Assembly (NCBI GenBank): GCA_964462065.1
Contig: CAYXAT010000001.1
Coordinates: forward strand, 1-54,684
DNA length: 54,684 bases
Origin: an uncultured Clostridiaceae bacterium
Lineage (GTDB): Bacteria; Bacillota; Clostridia; Lutisporales; Lutisporaceae
Direction: 5' to 3'
Part shown: in pieces, positions 29,306 to 39,257 of the stretch
Position numbering within the stretch: position 1 is the stretch's first letter
Layout of the letters: each line of letters opens with the position of its first letter
Notes under the pieces: model-generated
Databases searched by the model: none
What the model was told of the DNA's origin: nothing
What the model saw: only the letters and a program-made list of their open reading frames with translations
Program-made: the position numbers and the translations under genes

Positions 29306-31759
29306 CTATAGCATATTGTTTGGATTAATATCCATATTAATTAATATGCTTTTATTAAAGCTCTGTTGGCTGAATTTTCTTAGAACTTCTCTTAATCGTT
29401 CCTCACTTCTGCTTTTAATTATAATTTGCCATCTATAATTATTCTTAATCTTTGAAAGCGGTGCCTCTGTAGGGTTCCATACCTCCATATTACTTATATT
29501 TTTTGTATAAGTGTCTAAAACTTTACCCCCTTCTTTTGCTGTTTTTGCAACCAAATCCTTATTATAACCACTAAATATGATGTTGCCTATATATGTAAAG
29601 GGAGGGTAATTCAATTCTTTTCTCAGCTTGATTTCATCTTTGTAGAAACTTATAAAATCATGATTTCTTGCATATTCTATGGTGTAATGCTCAGGTGAAT
29701 ACGTTTGCACAATTACAATCCCCGGTAAATCAGCTCTTCCCGCTCTTCCGGCAGCTTGCGTAATCATTTGAAATGTTTTCTCTGACGCCCTGAAATCCGG
29801 AATATTTAAAAATGTGTCCGATGATATTATACCTACCAATGTAACGTCGGGAAAGTCATGACCTTTGCCTATCATTTGGGTGCCTATTAAAATATCTGCT
29901 TCACGGTTTCTAAACTTATCCAAAATTTTCTTATGTGAATCTTTTCTGGTGGTGGTGTCGGCATCCATACGCAATACGGTGGTTATCCCAAAAGTTTTTT
30001 TGAATTCCTCTTCAACCTTTTGTGTTCCCACACCAAAATATTTTATGTATCTGCTTTTGCAAACCGGGCAACGCTTGGGATTCTCAGCAGAATATCCGCA
30101 ATAGTGGCAAGATAAGTAGTCGCCTTTATAATGATAAGTAAGAGAAATATTACAGTTTGGGCACTTTACAACATAACCACAATTTCTGCAAGATACAAAG
30201 GTAGAATATCCTCTCCGATTTAAAAACAGTATTATTTGCTCTTTTAAATTCATTTTCTCCACAATTTGATTACTGAGGCTGTTGCTGAATATACTTTTAT
30301 TACCTTTCTTCAATTCCTCTCTCATATCAACGATTTCTACTTCAGGCATCGGAAGATTCTTAACTCTATTTTTTAAGGAAACCACACTGAATTCATCAAT
30401 TTCATTTACAGCTTTATAATAAGTTTCTATTGAAGGGGTTGCTGATCCTAAAAGCAACTTACAGCCTTCAATTTCACACCTCTTAATTGCAATTTCCCTC
30501 GCGTCATATTTAGGCCTTACATCAGACTTATAGGTATGCTCATGTTCTTCGTCTATGATTATTATTCCAAGATTTGAAAATGGGGCGAAAATTGCAGATC
30601 TTGCCCCGACAGCAACTTTTGCTTTTCCTTCTCTTATCCTTCTCCATTCATCATACTTTTCCCCGTCAGACAAGCCACTGTGTATTACTGCTACTGTTTC
30701 GCCGAATCGCCCTACAAATCTTCGTATCATTTGCGGTGTCAATGATATTTCAGGAACTAATATAATACCCTGCTTCTCTTCAGCCAGTTCATTTTCAATT
30801 AGCTTAAGATATATTTCGGTTTTACCGCTGCCGGTAACTCCATGCAATAATACATGCCTGTTTCTATTGAAACTGATATTAATCTCATCAACGGCTTTTA
30901 TCTGTTCCGACGTTAAAGAATTAATACTTTCAGCATGAATCTCATCATGTTTTAGTCTATAGAGCTCTTCTTCTTTTATTTCAATTACACTCTTCTCTAA
31001 AAGGCTGTTAATCACTCTAGTGTCAATATTATAGTCTTTCTGAATCTCGAATGTATTTATACCCGGATTATTCTTTATTATTTCCAACGCCTGTATTTGC
31101 CTACTTGCATTTGCAGGGATTTTTATATTTTCGAAATTTTCTTTATCAATATATAATTTTCTTTCGTATTTTTTTCTTTCTGTTTTTTTAATTACTTGTT
31201 TTTTAACTAAAATATTATTTCGCACTAATTTTCTTAATGCATTATCAAGAAAATTATCATTAAAATTATCTCTCAGCTCTTCTTTGCTTGCAATATCACC
31301 GTTTTGTATAATAAATTCCAAAACCTCATCTATTTGTTTAAAACTATTGTTTTCAATTATTTCTATCTTTTCTGTATTTTTAGCCAGTTCATAGTAATAA
31401 GTATTCTTTATTCTAACGTTAGCTGGTAATACAGCGTGTATTGCCTCGATATAATAACAAAGATACTTGTCTCTCATCCATTTTGTTAATGAAATAATAT
31501 TTTCAGGTATCAACGGATTGTGTTCCGTAATCTTAATTATATTTTTTAATCTATTCTTATCAAAATCAATCTTATCTGTAAAACCGGTTACATATCCGGC
31601 AATTTTTTTGTTTCCTCTTCCAAAGGGAACGATAACTCTATGACCTGTTTCAACAATCAGATCATCGGTTACTCCGTAATTATATACCTTATCAGTTTCT
31701 TTACATTTATTATCTATAATAATTTCCGCAATTTTAAAAAGACTCAATAATAACACCAT
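29306..31759 (-). CDS. priA: Primosomal replication protein N' (PriA helicase)
   Basis: About 810 aa. GVTGSGKTE Walker A, DEEH box, and the Cys-rich zinc-binding insert (CRNCGY..CPNC..C.YCG..CP.C). The exact start is uncertain; a TTG a few codons in is possible. Confidence 0.94.
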   Translation of the reverse strand: MVLLLSLFKIAEIIIDNKCKETDKVYNYGVTDDLIVETGHRVIVPFGRGNKKIAGYVTGFTDKIDFDKNRLKNIIKITEHNPLIPENIISLTKWMRDKYLCYYIEAIHAVLPANVRIKNTYYYELAKNTEKIEIIENNSFKQIDEVLEFIIQNGDIASKEELRDNFNDNFLDNALRKLVRNNILVKKQVIKKTERKKYERKLYIDKENFENIKIPANASRQIQALEIIKNNPGINTFEIQKDYNIDTRVINSLLEKSVIEIKEEELYRLKHDEIHAESINSLTSEQIKAVDEINISFNRNRHVLLHGVTGSGKTEIYLKLIENELAEEKQGIILVPEISLTPQMIRRFVGRFGETVAVIHSGLSDGEKYDEWRRIREGKAKVAVGARSAIFAPFSNLGIIIIDEEHEHTYKSDVRPKYDAREIAIKRCEIEGCKLLLGSATPSIETYYKAVNEIDEFSVVSLKNRVKNLPMPEVEIVDMREELKKGNKSIFSNSLSNQIVEKMNLKEQIILFLNRRGYSTFVSCRNCGYVVKCPNCNISLTYHYKGDYLSCHYCGYSAENPKRCPVCKSRYIKYFGVGTQKVEEEFKKTFGITTVLRMDADTTTRKDSHKKILDKFRNREADILIGTQMIGKGHDFPDVTLVGIISSDTFLNIPDFRASEKTFQMITQAAGRAGRADLPGIVIVQTYSPEHYTIEYARNHDFISFYKDEIKLRKELNYPPFTYIGNIIFSGYNKDLVAKTAKEGGKVLDTYTKNISNMEVWNPTEAPLSKIKNNYRWQIIIKSRSEERLREVLRKFSQQSFNKSILINMDINPNNML

Positions 31760-31811
31760 CCGTTAAAATAATGTACAATTAAAAAATGTGAATTGCTCCT
31801 GTCTTTAAAGA

Positions 31812-31840
31812 TTAAAAGAAAAGCGTACCCGGTACGCCTT
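31812..31840 (-). terminator. Intrinsic terminator after coaBC
   Basis: On the minus strand, a GGCGTAC-CGG-GTACGC stem is followed by TTTTCTTTTAATC. Confidence 0.65.
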
Positions 31841-31901
31841 AAACTATTGCTTTATTACGAGATTAAAATTTGTTTTCTGTTTAAACTAATGAAGCTTCTT
31901 T

Positions 31902-33116
31902 CTATTTTTTTATCTCTTTCAAAACTATTAATATCTTATCAAGAATTATATCAGCTAACTCAAGCTTTGTCATTTTAGGAATACTCTCTATATTGCCGTT
32001 TTTGTATATTATTTTTACTACATTTGTATCCGATGCAAAGCCGGCACCCTCTGTTGCCAAATCATTTGCAACTATGAAGTCTAAGTTTTTATTATTGATT
32101 TTTTCTTTGGCATTTTTTATCAGGTTCTGAGTTTCCATAGCAAAACCGACTAAAACCCTGTCTCCTTTGTTCTTACCAAGTTCGTATAATATATCAGGGT
32201 TTTTTGAAAGCTTAATCTCAGTATTTCCTTCATCCTTTTTTATCTTTTGCTCCTTTATTTCCGTAGGCGCATAGTCAGCAACCGCCGCACTTTTTATTAC
32301 TATATCCGCTTTATCGTAGTATTCCAGGACCTTACCATACATTTCTTTAGCCGTTATAACACTAATGAAACTTACACCTTCGGGCGGTTTTAAATTAGAT
32401 GGACCGGAAATCAGATAAACATCGGCACCCTTTAAAAAAGCTTTTTCAGCTATTGCATAACCCATTTTCCCAGTTGAGTGATTAGTTATAAATCTGACAG
32501 GATCTATTGCCTCTTGGGTAGGGCCGGCGGTAACTATTACAGTTTTCCCTTTCAATTCGGAGGTTGATAAAAAATAATTTTCTATATGTTTTTCAATAAC
32601 TTCAGGCTCCGCCATTTTCCCTTTACCTACATCTCCACAAGCTAATCTGCCTTCTACAGGATCAATAAAATCATATCCTCTGTTCTTTAATTTTAATATA
32701 TTTTCTTGCAGAATTTTATTCTCGTACATATTAATGTTCATAGAAGGGACAAAAATAATAGGTGCTTTAGTTGCCATAACTGTTGTAGTAAGCATATCGT
32801 CCGCTATTCCGTTTGCGATTTTACCGATAATATTTGCAGTAGCAGGTGCAATCAAAACGATATCCGCTTTTTTTGCTAAAGATATATGTTCGATTTCATA
32901 AAAAGAAGGTGCTTCAAACATATCGGTAACAACTTTATTTGATATCAACGATTGAAATGTTAAAGGGTTAATAAAGTTGACGGCAGCCCTCGTCATAATA
33001 ACATTAATATTAGCATCTTTTTTATTTAATCTGCTGGCTAAATCGCATACTTTATAAGCTGCTATACCACCGCATACACCTATTAAAACATTTTTTCCCT
33101 TTAACATGTTATTCAC
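31902..33116 (-). CDS. coaBC: Bifunctional phosphopantothenoylcysteine decarboxylase / synthetase
   Basis: 404 aa. N-terminal flavoprotein domain (GVCGGIAAYK) and a C-terminal CoaB domain (NHSTGKMG, AAVADY). Confidence 0.95.
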   Translation of the reverse strand: MNNMLKGKNVLIGVCGGIAAYKVCDLASRLNKKDANINVIMTRAAVNFINPLTFQSLISNKVVTDMFEAPSFYEIEHISLAKKADIVLIAPATANIIGKIANGIADDMLTTTVMATKAPIIFVPSMNINMYENKILQENILKLKNRGYDFIDPVEGRLACGDVGKGKMAEPEVIEKHIENYFLSTSELKGKTVIVTAGPTQEAIDPVRFITNHSTGKMGYAIAEKAFLKGADVYLISGPSNLKPPEGVSFISVITAKEMYGKVLEYYDKADIVIKSAAVADYAPTEIKEQKIKKDEGNTEIKLSKNPDILYELGKNKGDRVLVGFAMETQNLIKNAKEKINNKNLDFIVANDLATEGAGFASDTNVVKIIYKNGNIESIPKMTKLELADIILDKILIVLKEIKK

Positions 33117-33324
33117 CCATCTGTTTTTCTTTTTTACAATTTAAACATAAAATTTTGCCTTCTAAAATTTCTTGCATCGCAATGGAAACCGGCTTTATCG
33201 AATTTGCTTCGACAAGTACACTTTGACCGTCTACAATCTGTCGGGCTCTTTTTGCAACCGCTACAACCAGGGAATACTTACTATCTACCTTATCTAATAA
33301 TACCGGAAGTATTGGATTAATCAT
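33109..33324 (-). CDS. rpoZ: DNA-directed RNA polymerase subunit omega
   Basis: SKYSLVVAVAKRARQI motif. ATG at 33322-33324 follows AAGGAGGAA; the ORF-track start is 10 codons too long. Confidence 0.92.
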   Translation of the reverse strand: MINPILPVLLDKVDSKYSLVVAVAKRARQIVDGQSVLVEANSIKPVSIAMQEILEGKILCLNCKKEKQMGE

Positions 33325-33940
33325 AACATTCCTCCTTAAATTTTGAAAAATCAATTCGACATCTGGAAGTCTTATGCCTTTCCGCGTTTAATATACAAGT
33401 AATATTATCCACGACACCGGAAACATTGTTATTAATAATAACATAATCATAATTTATAACTTCTTCTATTTCCTTAAAGGCAGCCTTTAGTCTTCTATTT
33501 ATAACATCCGCCGTTTCTGTGCCCCTGCCTACGATTCTACTCTTTAGTTCATTGTAAGACGGAGGCATAATAAAAATAAACACAGCTTCTTTAAAGTTCT
33601 TTTTTATTTGCATTGCTCCTTGAGTATCAATTTCCAGAATTATGCTGATTCCTTCTTTTAAACTTTTAAAAACATTATTCTTGGGTGTTCCGTAGTAACT
33701 TCCATAAACTTTGGCATATTCCAAGAATTCTCCGCGTTTAACCATTTCATCAAAATCATGTTCTTCTTTATAATAATAATTAATGCCGTCTATTTCACCC
33801 TTGCGCGGTTTTCTTGTTGTAGCGGATATCGACAGCTCAATATTTCCTAAGTCCTTTTTAAATAATTCTTTGCAAATTGTCCCTTTCCCGACCCCTGATG
33901 GTCCTGAAATAACAACAAGTATGCCATCATGGCTAATCAT
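33317..33940 (-). CDS. gmk: Guanylate kinase
   Basis: ISGPSGVGKGT P-loop and TTRKPRKGE motif. Confidence 0.96.
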   Translation of the reverse strand: MISHDGILVVISGPSGVGKGTICKELFKKDLGNIELSISATTRKPRKGEIDGINYYYKEEHDFDEMVKRGEFLEYAKVYGSYYGTPKNNVFKSLKEGISIILEIDTQGAMQIKKNFKEAVFIFIMPPSYNELKSRIVGRGTETADVINRRLKAAFKEIEEVINYDYVIINNNVSGVVDNITCILNAERHKTSRCRIDFSKFKEECYD

Positions 33941-33964
33941 ATAATCACATCCAAATTGATTATT

Positions 33965-34234
33965 TTAAGCTTCTTCTTCGTCTGTGTCATCATCTTTGTC
34001 AATTATTCTATGTGCAACGGTTTCCGGCTGCACGGCTGATAAAATAATATGATCACTGTCGGTTATTACAACAGCCCTTGTTCTTCTTCCATAGGTAGCG
34101 TCAATCAGCATCCCCCTGTCTCTGGCCTCTTGTATAACCCTTCTTATTGGTGCAGATTCAGGACTGACAATTGCAATAACCCTGTTAGCAGATACAATAT
34201 TCCCAAATCCGATATTGATTAACTTAATAGCCAA
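33965..34234 (-). CDS. remA: Extracellular matrix/biofilm regulator RemA (DUF370, YlzA)
   Basis: [31 protein letters not shown] is nearly invariant in RemA. TTG start at 34232-34234 with AGGAGGG 5 nt upstream. Confidence 0.93.
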   Translation of the reverse strand: MAIKLINIGFGNIVSANRVIAIVSPESAPIRRVIQEARDRGMLIDATYGRRTRAVVITDSDHIILSAVQPETVAHRIIDKDDDTDEEEA

Positions 34235-34247
34235 AATATCCCTCCTA

Positions 34248-35123
34248 TTATTCAATATTTTGAACTTGTTCTCTTATCTTTTCTATCTCGGTTTTTATAC
34301 TTATTACATGATTTACGATGTTTATCTCATTTGCCTTTGAGCCTATGGTATTAGTTTCTCTATTCATTTCCTGTATAATAAAGTCTAGTTTTTTACCTGA
34401 TGAAGTTTCACTGTCCAATGTATCTCTGAACTCTTCCAGATGACTTTTTAACCTTACTAATTCCTCATCTATGCTACTTTTATCGGCTATAATTATTATT
34501 TCCGTCATCAATCTATTCTCATCTAAGCTTATGTCTTCAGCCAAGTCTTTCACTTTTTGATAAAACTTTTTCTTATTAATCTCTGCCATATCTTTTGATA
34601 AGATATCTATTTCCTTTACCATTTCGGAAATGCATGATACCTTCCCCAGTATGTCTTTATATAGTCTCAGACCCTCTCTCTCCCTCATTTCGTTAAAGGA
34701 TACCAATGCACTGCTTATTGCCTTTTGCAAGACATCCCATATGATATCTTCTTTTTTTTCTAACTTTTCTACCCTAATAATATCCGGAAACCTTGCAATT
34801 AACGATAAATTAATCTCATCTTTTATTGAGAACTCTTTCCTAATGAGTTCATAACATTCAATATAAGATTTAGTGAGATTTTTATCAAGTTCAATTGATA
34901 CGTCAGGTTCAAATGATGTATAGTTTATGTAGATATCTATTTTCCCTCTCGTAATATAATCAGATACAAGGCTCTTCACCTTTTCTTCTATGGAATAGAA
35001 AGTTCGTGGCATTCTAACCGATACATCATTATATCTATGATTCACAGATTTGACTTCCACAGTAAATTTTATTCCGTTTTTCTCATATTCCCCTTTTCCG
35101 AAACCGGTCATACTTTTAATCAA
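34248..35123 (-). CDS. yicC: YicC/YloC family endoribonuclease
   Basis: [13 protein letters not shown]-terminus (compare E. coli YicC MIRSMTAY) and a C-terminal DUF1732 motif ([14 protein letters not shown]). TTG start at 35121-35123 with GGAAGGTG 6 nt upstream. Confidence 0.92.
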   Translation of the reverse strand: MIKSMTGFGKGEYEKNGIKFTVEVKSVNHRYNDVSVRMPRTFYSIEEKVKSLVSDYITRGKIDIYINYTSFEPDVSIELDKNLTKSYIECYELIRKEFSIKDEINLSLIARFPDIIRVEKLEKKEDIIWDVLQKAISSALVSFNEMREREGLRLYKDILGKVSCISEMVKEIDILSKDMAEINKKKFYQKVKDLAEDISLDENRLMTEIIIIADKSSIDEELVRLKSHLEEFRDTLDSETSSGKKLDFIIQEMNRETNTIGSKANEINIVNHVISIKTEIEKIREQVQNIE

Positions 35124-35429
35124 TATACACACCTTCCAAATTAGTTCTAAAATTATTATAGAAAATCATTTATACATGATTGATAAACATATGCCTACCT
35201 CTATACGTGATAGAAATATGCAAATATCAGAAAATAAGTAAATACTCTGATTTGTAATAGCAGTAATTTCACTTTCACTTCTTCATAACACAAACATTAT
35301 ACCAATAATAACATTTTATATTTAATTTGTTAACAATTCTATTTCTATATAATTCTATTAAATATTTATTAAAAACACAATAGTAAAACAACATATGCCT
35401 ATTATTATATTAATTGTAGGCTACTGTCC

Positions 35430-35506
35430 ATACATAATTATAAGTTTAGTATAGATTTTTATATTATCAATCCACAGTAGAACAAGCAAAAAATAATGAA
35501 CTGTAA
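35430..35506 (-). repeat. Copy C (diverged, inverted orientation) of the dispersed intergenic repeat
   Basis: The reverse complement shares TTACAG, CTGTGG, and AATATAAAAATCTATnnTAAACTTATnnTTATGT (32/37 with copy B). The 5' half needs a 3-nt gap and is only weakly similar. Confidence 0.55.
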
Positions 35507-35617
35507 TTAATTTGTTTTATGCTATAATTTAATGGCAGATAAAAATTAAAATCAACAGGCCGGTTTATATTCCTCTTGCCTTATTAAATAACCCGGCATA
35601 GTTTAGGAGGTTTTAAG

Positions 35618-37390
35618 ATGCCTTTTGATGGCATTACCGTCAACTCTTTGGTATTTGAACTTAATAATAAAATACTGCATGGAAAAGTTGAGAAAATATA
35701 TCAGCCTGAAAAGGATGAGATTTTCTTCATTATAAGAAAAAACAAAGAAAACTTTAAGCTTTTAGTCTCAGCCTGCCCATCTTTGCCTAAATTTCATCTT
35801 GTTGAAGATAAAAAGAATAATCCGTTAACGGCGCCGGCATTTTGTATGCTTTTGAGAAAACATTTACTCGGCAGTAAAATATTGAGGATCCAACAATTCA
35901 GTTTGGAAAGAGTAGTGGAGATATGTTTTGAATGTATAGATGAAATGGGCTATAACGTTCAGAGAACACTAACAATAGAAATTATGGGGCGACATAGTAA
36001 TATAATTCTCATTAATTCCGATGATCTGACAATTATAGACAGTATAAAAAGAGTCAATTCCTATATGAGCAGTATAAGAACGGTTCTGCCCGGTGATAAA
36101 TACAAATATCCACCCGCCAAGGATAGAGTTGATCCCTTAATTATAACCGAAGAGTTTTTTGTATCTGAAATAAAAAAGCAAAGCTCAAGTATAATGGCTT
36201 ATAAATACCTATTAAAAAAGTTTTATGGTTTAAGTGCAATTATGGCTCAGGAAATATGCTTAATATCAGGTATTGACCCTGAAATTGATTTGAAGGGTTT
36301 AAATGAAGCAACAATTTTAAAGCTTTATAAAGGAATTCATTATATCATCAATAAAGTCCGATGTTCGGAGTTTATGCCCAATATTATAACTGAGGGTAAT
36401 AATAAGAGTATAGATTTTGCTGCTTTTGATTTGAAAGTTTATGGATTAAACAAAAAAATATATTATGATAGCATTAGTAAAGCTGTAGAGTTTTTTTATA
36501 CTGAAAAAGATAAATTAAACCGAATGAAACAAAAAACCGGCTATCTGCACAAAACCGTTGAAAATAGGCTTGAACGCAGCATAAAAAAATTGGATATACT
36601 TAATAACGAGCTCAATGATTCAAGAAAGGGTGAGTATTATAAACTGTGCGGAGATTTAATTATGGCTAATCTGTATTTGATGAATAAAGGTATGGATAAA
36701 ATATTTCTGCCAAACTATTATACCGTTAATGAAGAAACTGTGGAAATAAAGTTGAATATAAATTTCACACCGGTGCAAAACGCCCAAAGCTATTATAAAA
36801 AATACAATAAATCCAAGAAAGCATTGAGTTTAATAACAAAGCAATTGGAATTAACAATGGAAGAAATACAATACTTGGAAAGTGTTATGGATAGTATTGA
36901 ACGATGTTTAGATGAAAATGGGATTAATGAAATACAGCAAGAACTTATACAGCAAGGATATGTAAAAAAGTCTAACGATAAAAAAAGAAAAAAAGAAAAT
37001 AAAGGTCAGAACCTGTTACATTATATTTCTTCTTCGAAATATGATATTTATGTCGGTAAAAATAATTTACAAAATGATTATTTAACCCTTAAATATGCAG
37101 ATTCAAATGATATTTGGTTCCATACTAAAGATATTCCCGGTTCACACGTAATAGTTAAAACAAACGATAAAGCTATAGATGAATCTACTATTATCGAGGC
37201 TGCTTCTCTTGCCGCATATTTTAGCAAAGCAAAATTATCCTCTAATGTACCCGTTGACTATACCCATAAGAAAAATGTTAAAAAACCGACTGGAGCCAAA
37301 CCGGGTAAAGTTATTTATGATAATCAAAAAACAGTATATATTACACCAAAGCCGGAGGTAATCAATAATATAAAGAAAATATCTGAATAA
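35618..37390 (+). CDS. rqcH: Ribosome quality control protein RqcH (NFACT / fibronectin-binding protein A family, YloA)
   Basis: 590 aa. MPFDGITV N-terminus, coiled-coil middle region, and a C-terminal NFACT-R domain (DIWFHTKDIPGSHVIV). Confidence 0.93.
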   Translation: MPFDGITVNSLVFELNNKILHGKVEKIYQPEKDEIFFIIRKNKENFKLLVSACPSLPKFHLVEDKKNNPLTAPAFCMLLRKHLLGSKILRIQQFSLERVVEICFECIDEMGYNVQRTLTIEIMGRHSNIILINSDDLTIIDSIKRVNSYMSSIRTVLPGDKYKYPPAKDRVDPLIITEEFFVSEIKKQSSSIMAYKYLLKKFYGLSAIMAQEICLISGIDPEIDLKGLNEATILKLYKGIHYIINKVRCSEFMPNIITEGNNKSIDFAAFDLKVYGLNKKIYYDSISKAVEFFYTEKDKLNRMKQKTGYLHKTVENRLERSIKKLDILNNELNDSRKGEYYKLCGDLIMANLYLMNKGMDKIFLPNYYTVNEETVEIKLNINFTPVQNAQSYYKKYNKSKKALSLITKQLELTMEEIQYLESVMDSIERCLDENGINEIQQELIQQGYVKKSNDKKRKKENKGQNLLHYISSSKYDIYVGKNNLQNDYLTLKYADSNDIWFHTKDIPGSHVIVKTNDKAIDESTIIEAASLAAYFSKAKLSSNVPVDYTHKKNVKKPTGAKPGKVIYDNQKTVYITPKPEVINNIKKISE

Positions 37391-37396
37391 GAATAA

Positions 37397-37438
37397 TAAA
37401 AAACAGCCGTTAATCTTATAGCTTAACGGCTGTTTTTA
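37397..37438. terminator. Bidirectional terminator between the convergent genes rqcH and the NSS transporter
   Basis: AAAAACAGCCGTTAA, a 9-nt loop, then TTAACGGCTGTTTTT. Confidence 0.9.
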
Positions 37439-37453
37439 ATCTAATCATTAAAT

Positions 37454-38863
37454 TTAAAGCTTTTTCGAGAATATCGCGAGTACCACTATAACCAAGATTC
37501 CGAATATCATTAAGCTTGTTTGTTCTATTGATGCTATTCCTACTACAGCTACTATACCGATAAGTACGGGAATAATGTATTTTATTACATTATACCAAAG
37601 CTCAAACAAACCAAATGCTAATGTTCCGCCGTTAGTAAGCTCATCCTTAAGATCTTCTTTCTTCAGGAACCAACCTGCAAATATAGCAAGTAACATTCCT
37701 CCGATTGCTAAGAATATCTTGTCAGTTAATATATCAAAGAAATCGAAGAATCCTACTCCAAATACAGTCACGCTTGACATAGAACCCAAAGACAGTGAAG
37801 ATAATATACAAAGTACAGCCATTACTAAGGATGTACCGTAAGTTGCTATTTTTCTGTCCAGTTTCTTTTCATCCATTAAATATGCTACACATACTTCCAG
37901 CAAAGATACTGAAGAAGTTAATGCTGCGATAAACAAAGCCACAAAGAAAATAGCAGAGAATAAAGGTCCGATACCGCCCATTTGAGCAAAAATTTGTGGC
38001 ACCACGACGAAAACAAGTCCCGGTCCCGCTGCGGGTTCCATACCAAATGCAAACAGTGCGGGGAACATTGCAATACCGGCTAAAAGGGCAACACTAGTAT
38101 CCATTGAGACAACGATTAAAGCGTTGCTTGGCAATTTTTCTTCTTTGTTAAGGTAACTGCCATAAGTTATCATGCATCCCATGCCCAAGCTTAAGGAGAA
38201 AAATGCCTGTCCCAATGCTGCTAAGAATGTCTGTCCTGATACCACCGACCAATCAGGCACGAATAAATAGGAAAGACCTGCACTTGCGCCCGGGATCGTA
38301 AGACCCTTAATAATAACAATAAATAGTAACACATATAAAATTGGCATCAGTATCTTGCCAGCCAATTCTATACCTGCAGTTACGCCTCTGGCAACTATAA
38401 AAACGTTAACTGCAAGATATACAAGCATCCAAATAAGCGGCTGTATTGGGGCACCTATAAAAGCACCAAAAACATCCCCTATTGCATCCGGTGCCGAAAG
38501 TAATCCTGTAAAAGACTTAGCTATGTAAGCCAATGACCATCCACCAACTACCGGATAAAAGCCCATGATAAAGAAACCGCTTAGAACCCCCAACACTCCT
38601 GCAAAACTCCACTTTTTGCTATATGTTTTATAGGCTCCAACTGCTGCAAGTTGTGTTCTTCTTCCTATTGCAAACTCTGCAATCATTATGCTAAGCCCAA
38701 CTAATATAACACATCCTAAATATATTACTATAAATGCGCCTCCACCGTTCATTCCGGTTAAATAAGGAAACCTCCATATGTTTCCCAGACCTACTGCCGA
38801 GCCTGCAGCTGCCATGATAAAGCCGAATCGTGAACCCCAACTTTCTCTGGTTTTTTGTTCCAT
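37454..38863 (-). CDS. Sodium-dependent transporter, NSS (SNF) family, paralog 1
   Basis: 469 aa, about 11-12 transmembrane segments. The N-terminal WGSRFGFIMAAAGSAVGLGNIWRFPY signature is diagnostic of bacterial NSS/LeuT-fold symporters. Substrate unknown. Confidence 0.93.
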   Translation of the reverse strand: MEQKTRESWGSRFGFIMAAAGSAVGLGNIWRFPYLTGMNGGGAFIVIYLGCVILVGLSIMIAEFAIGRRTQLAAVGAYKTYSKKWSFAGVLGVLSGFFIMGFYPVVGGWSLAYIAKSFTGLLSAPDAIGDVFGAFIGAPIQPLIWMLVYLAVNVFIVARGVTAGIELAGKILMPILYVLLFIVIIKGLTIPGASAGLSYLFVPDWSVVSGQTFLAALGQAFFSLSLGMGCMITYGSYLNKEEKLPSNALIVVSMDTSVALLAGIAMFPALFAFGMEPAAGPGLVFVVVPQIFAQMGGIGPLFSAIFFVALFIAALTSSVSLLEVCVAYLMDEKKLDRKIATYGTSLVMAVLCILSSLSLGSMSSVTVFGVGFFDFFDILTDKIFLAIGGMLLAIFAGWFLKKEDLKDELTNGGTLAFGLFELWYNVIKYIIPVLIGIVAVVGIASIEQTSLMIFGILVIVVLAIFSKKL

Positions 38864-38925
38864 TCCTACACCTTCCTTTCAAAATAATTGATATAGATTT
38901 AAATTTGCACCTCCTTATTAAGGTA

Positions 38926-38963
38926 TTTTAAAATATCAGAAAGAGCATAGACCCAATCTGATA
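38926..38963 (-). promoter_or_regulatory. Leader hairpin followed by a U-run, upstream of NSS paralog 1; possible attenuator
   Basis: On the minus strand, TATCAGA, a 16-nt loop, TCTGATA, then TTTTAAAATA. It lies about 60 nt upstream of the start codon. Confidence 0.3.
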
Positions 38964-39159
38964 ATAATTATTATTATCTTTTCTCCTATGCCAATGAAAT
39001 TATAAATAGAATTGTTGCATATAGAGTAATTGATAATAAATACCAAATAAAAAAATAAACATTTATGAAATCTTCTACGGAAAAATAAATTCTCCTTCTT
39101 ATTTACCATATTCATAATATTGTGACATTACACACTATTCTGTATACTGCAATACAACG

Positions 39160-39198
39160 TAAAGAGGGCTTCACATACTTGGCATATGAGCCCCCTTC
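39160..39198 (-). terminator. Candidate terminator between the two NSS paralogs
   Basis: On the minus strand, AGGGGGCT pairs with AGCCCTCT (one G-U), with an inner CATA/TATG stem, followed by TTTAC. Confidence 0.5.
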
Positions 39199-39257
39199 TA
39201 ATAATTTTATACTTAGTGTAAAAATTCAATTCATTACTTTTAATTTTCTCTAATTGA

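Noticed and set aside
39030-39130. A hydrophobic 33-codon frame after an AAGAAGGAGAA motif in the NSS paralog 1 leader (IYFSVEDFINVYFFIWYLLSITLYATILFIISLA).
   Set aside because: There is no ATG, GTG or TTG start at a workable distance from the Shine-Dalgarno-like motif. The hydrophobicity is what a T-rich frame is expected to produce.
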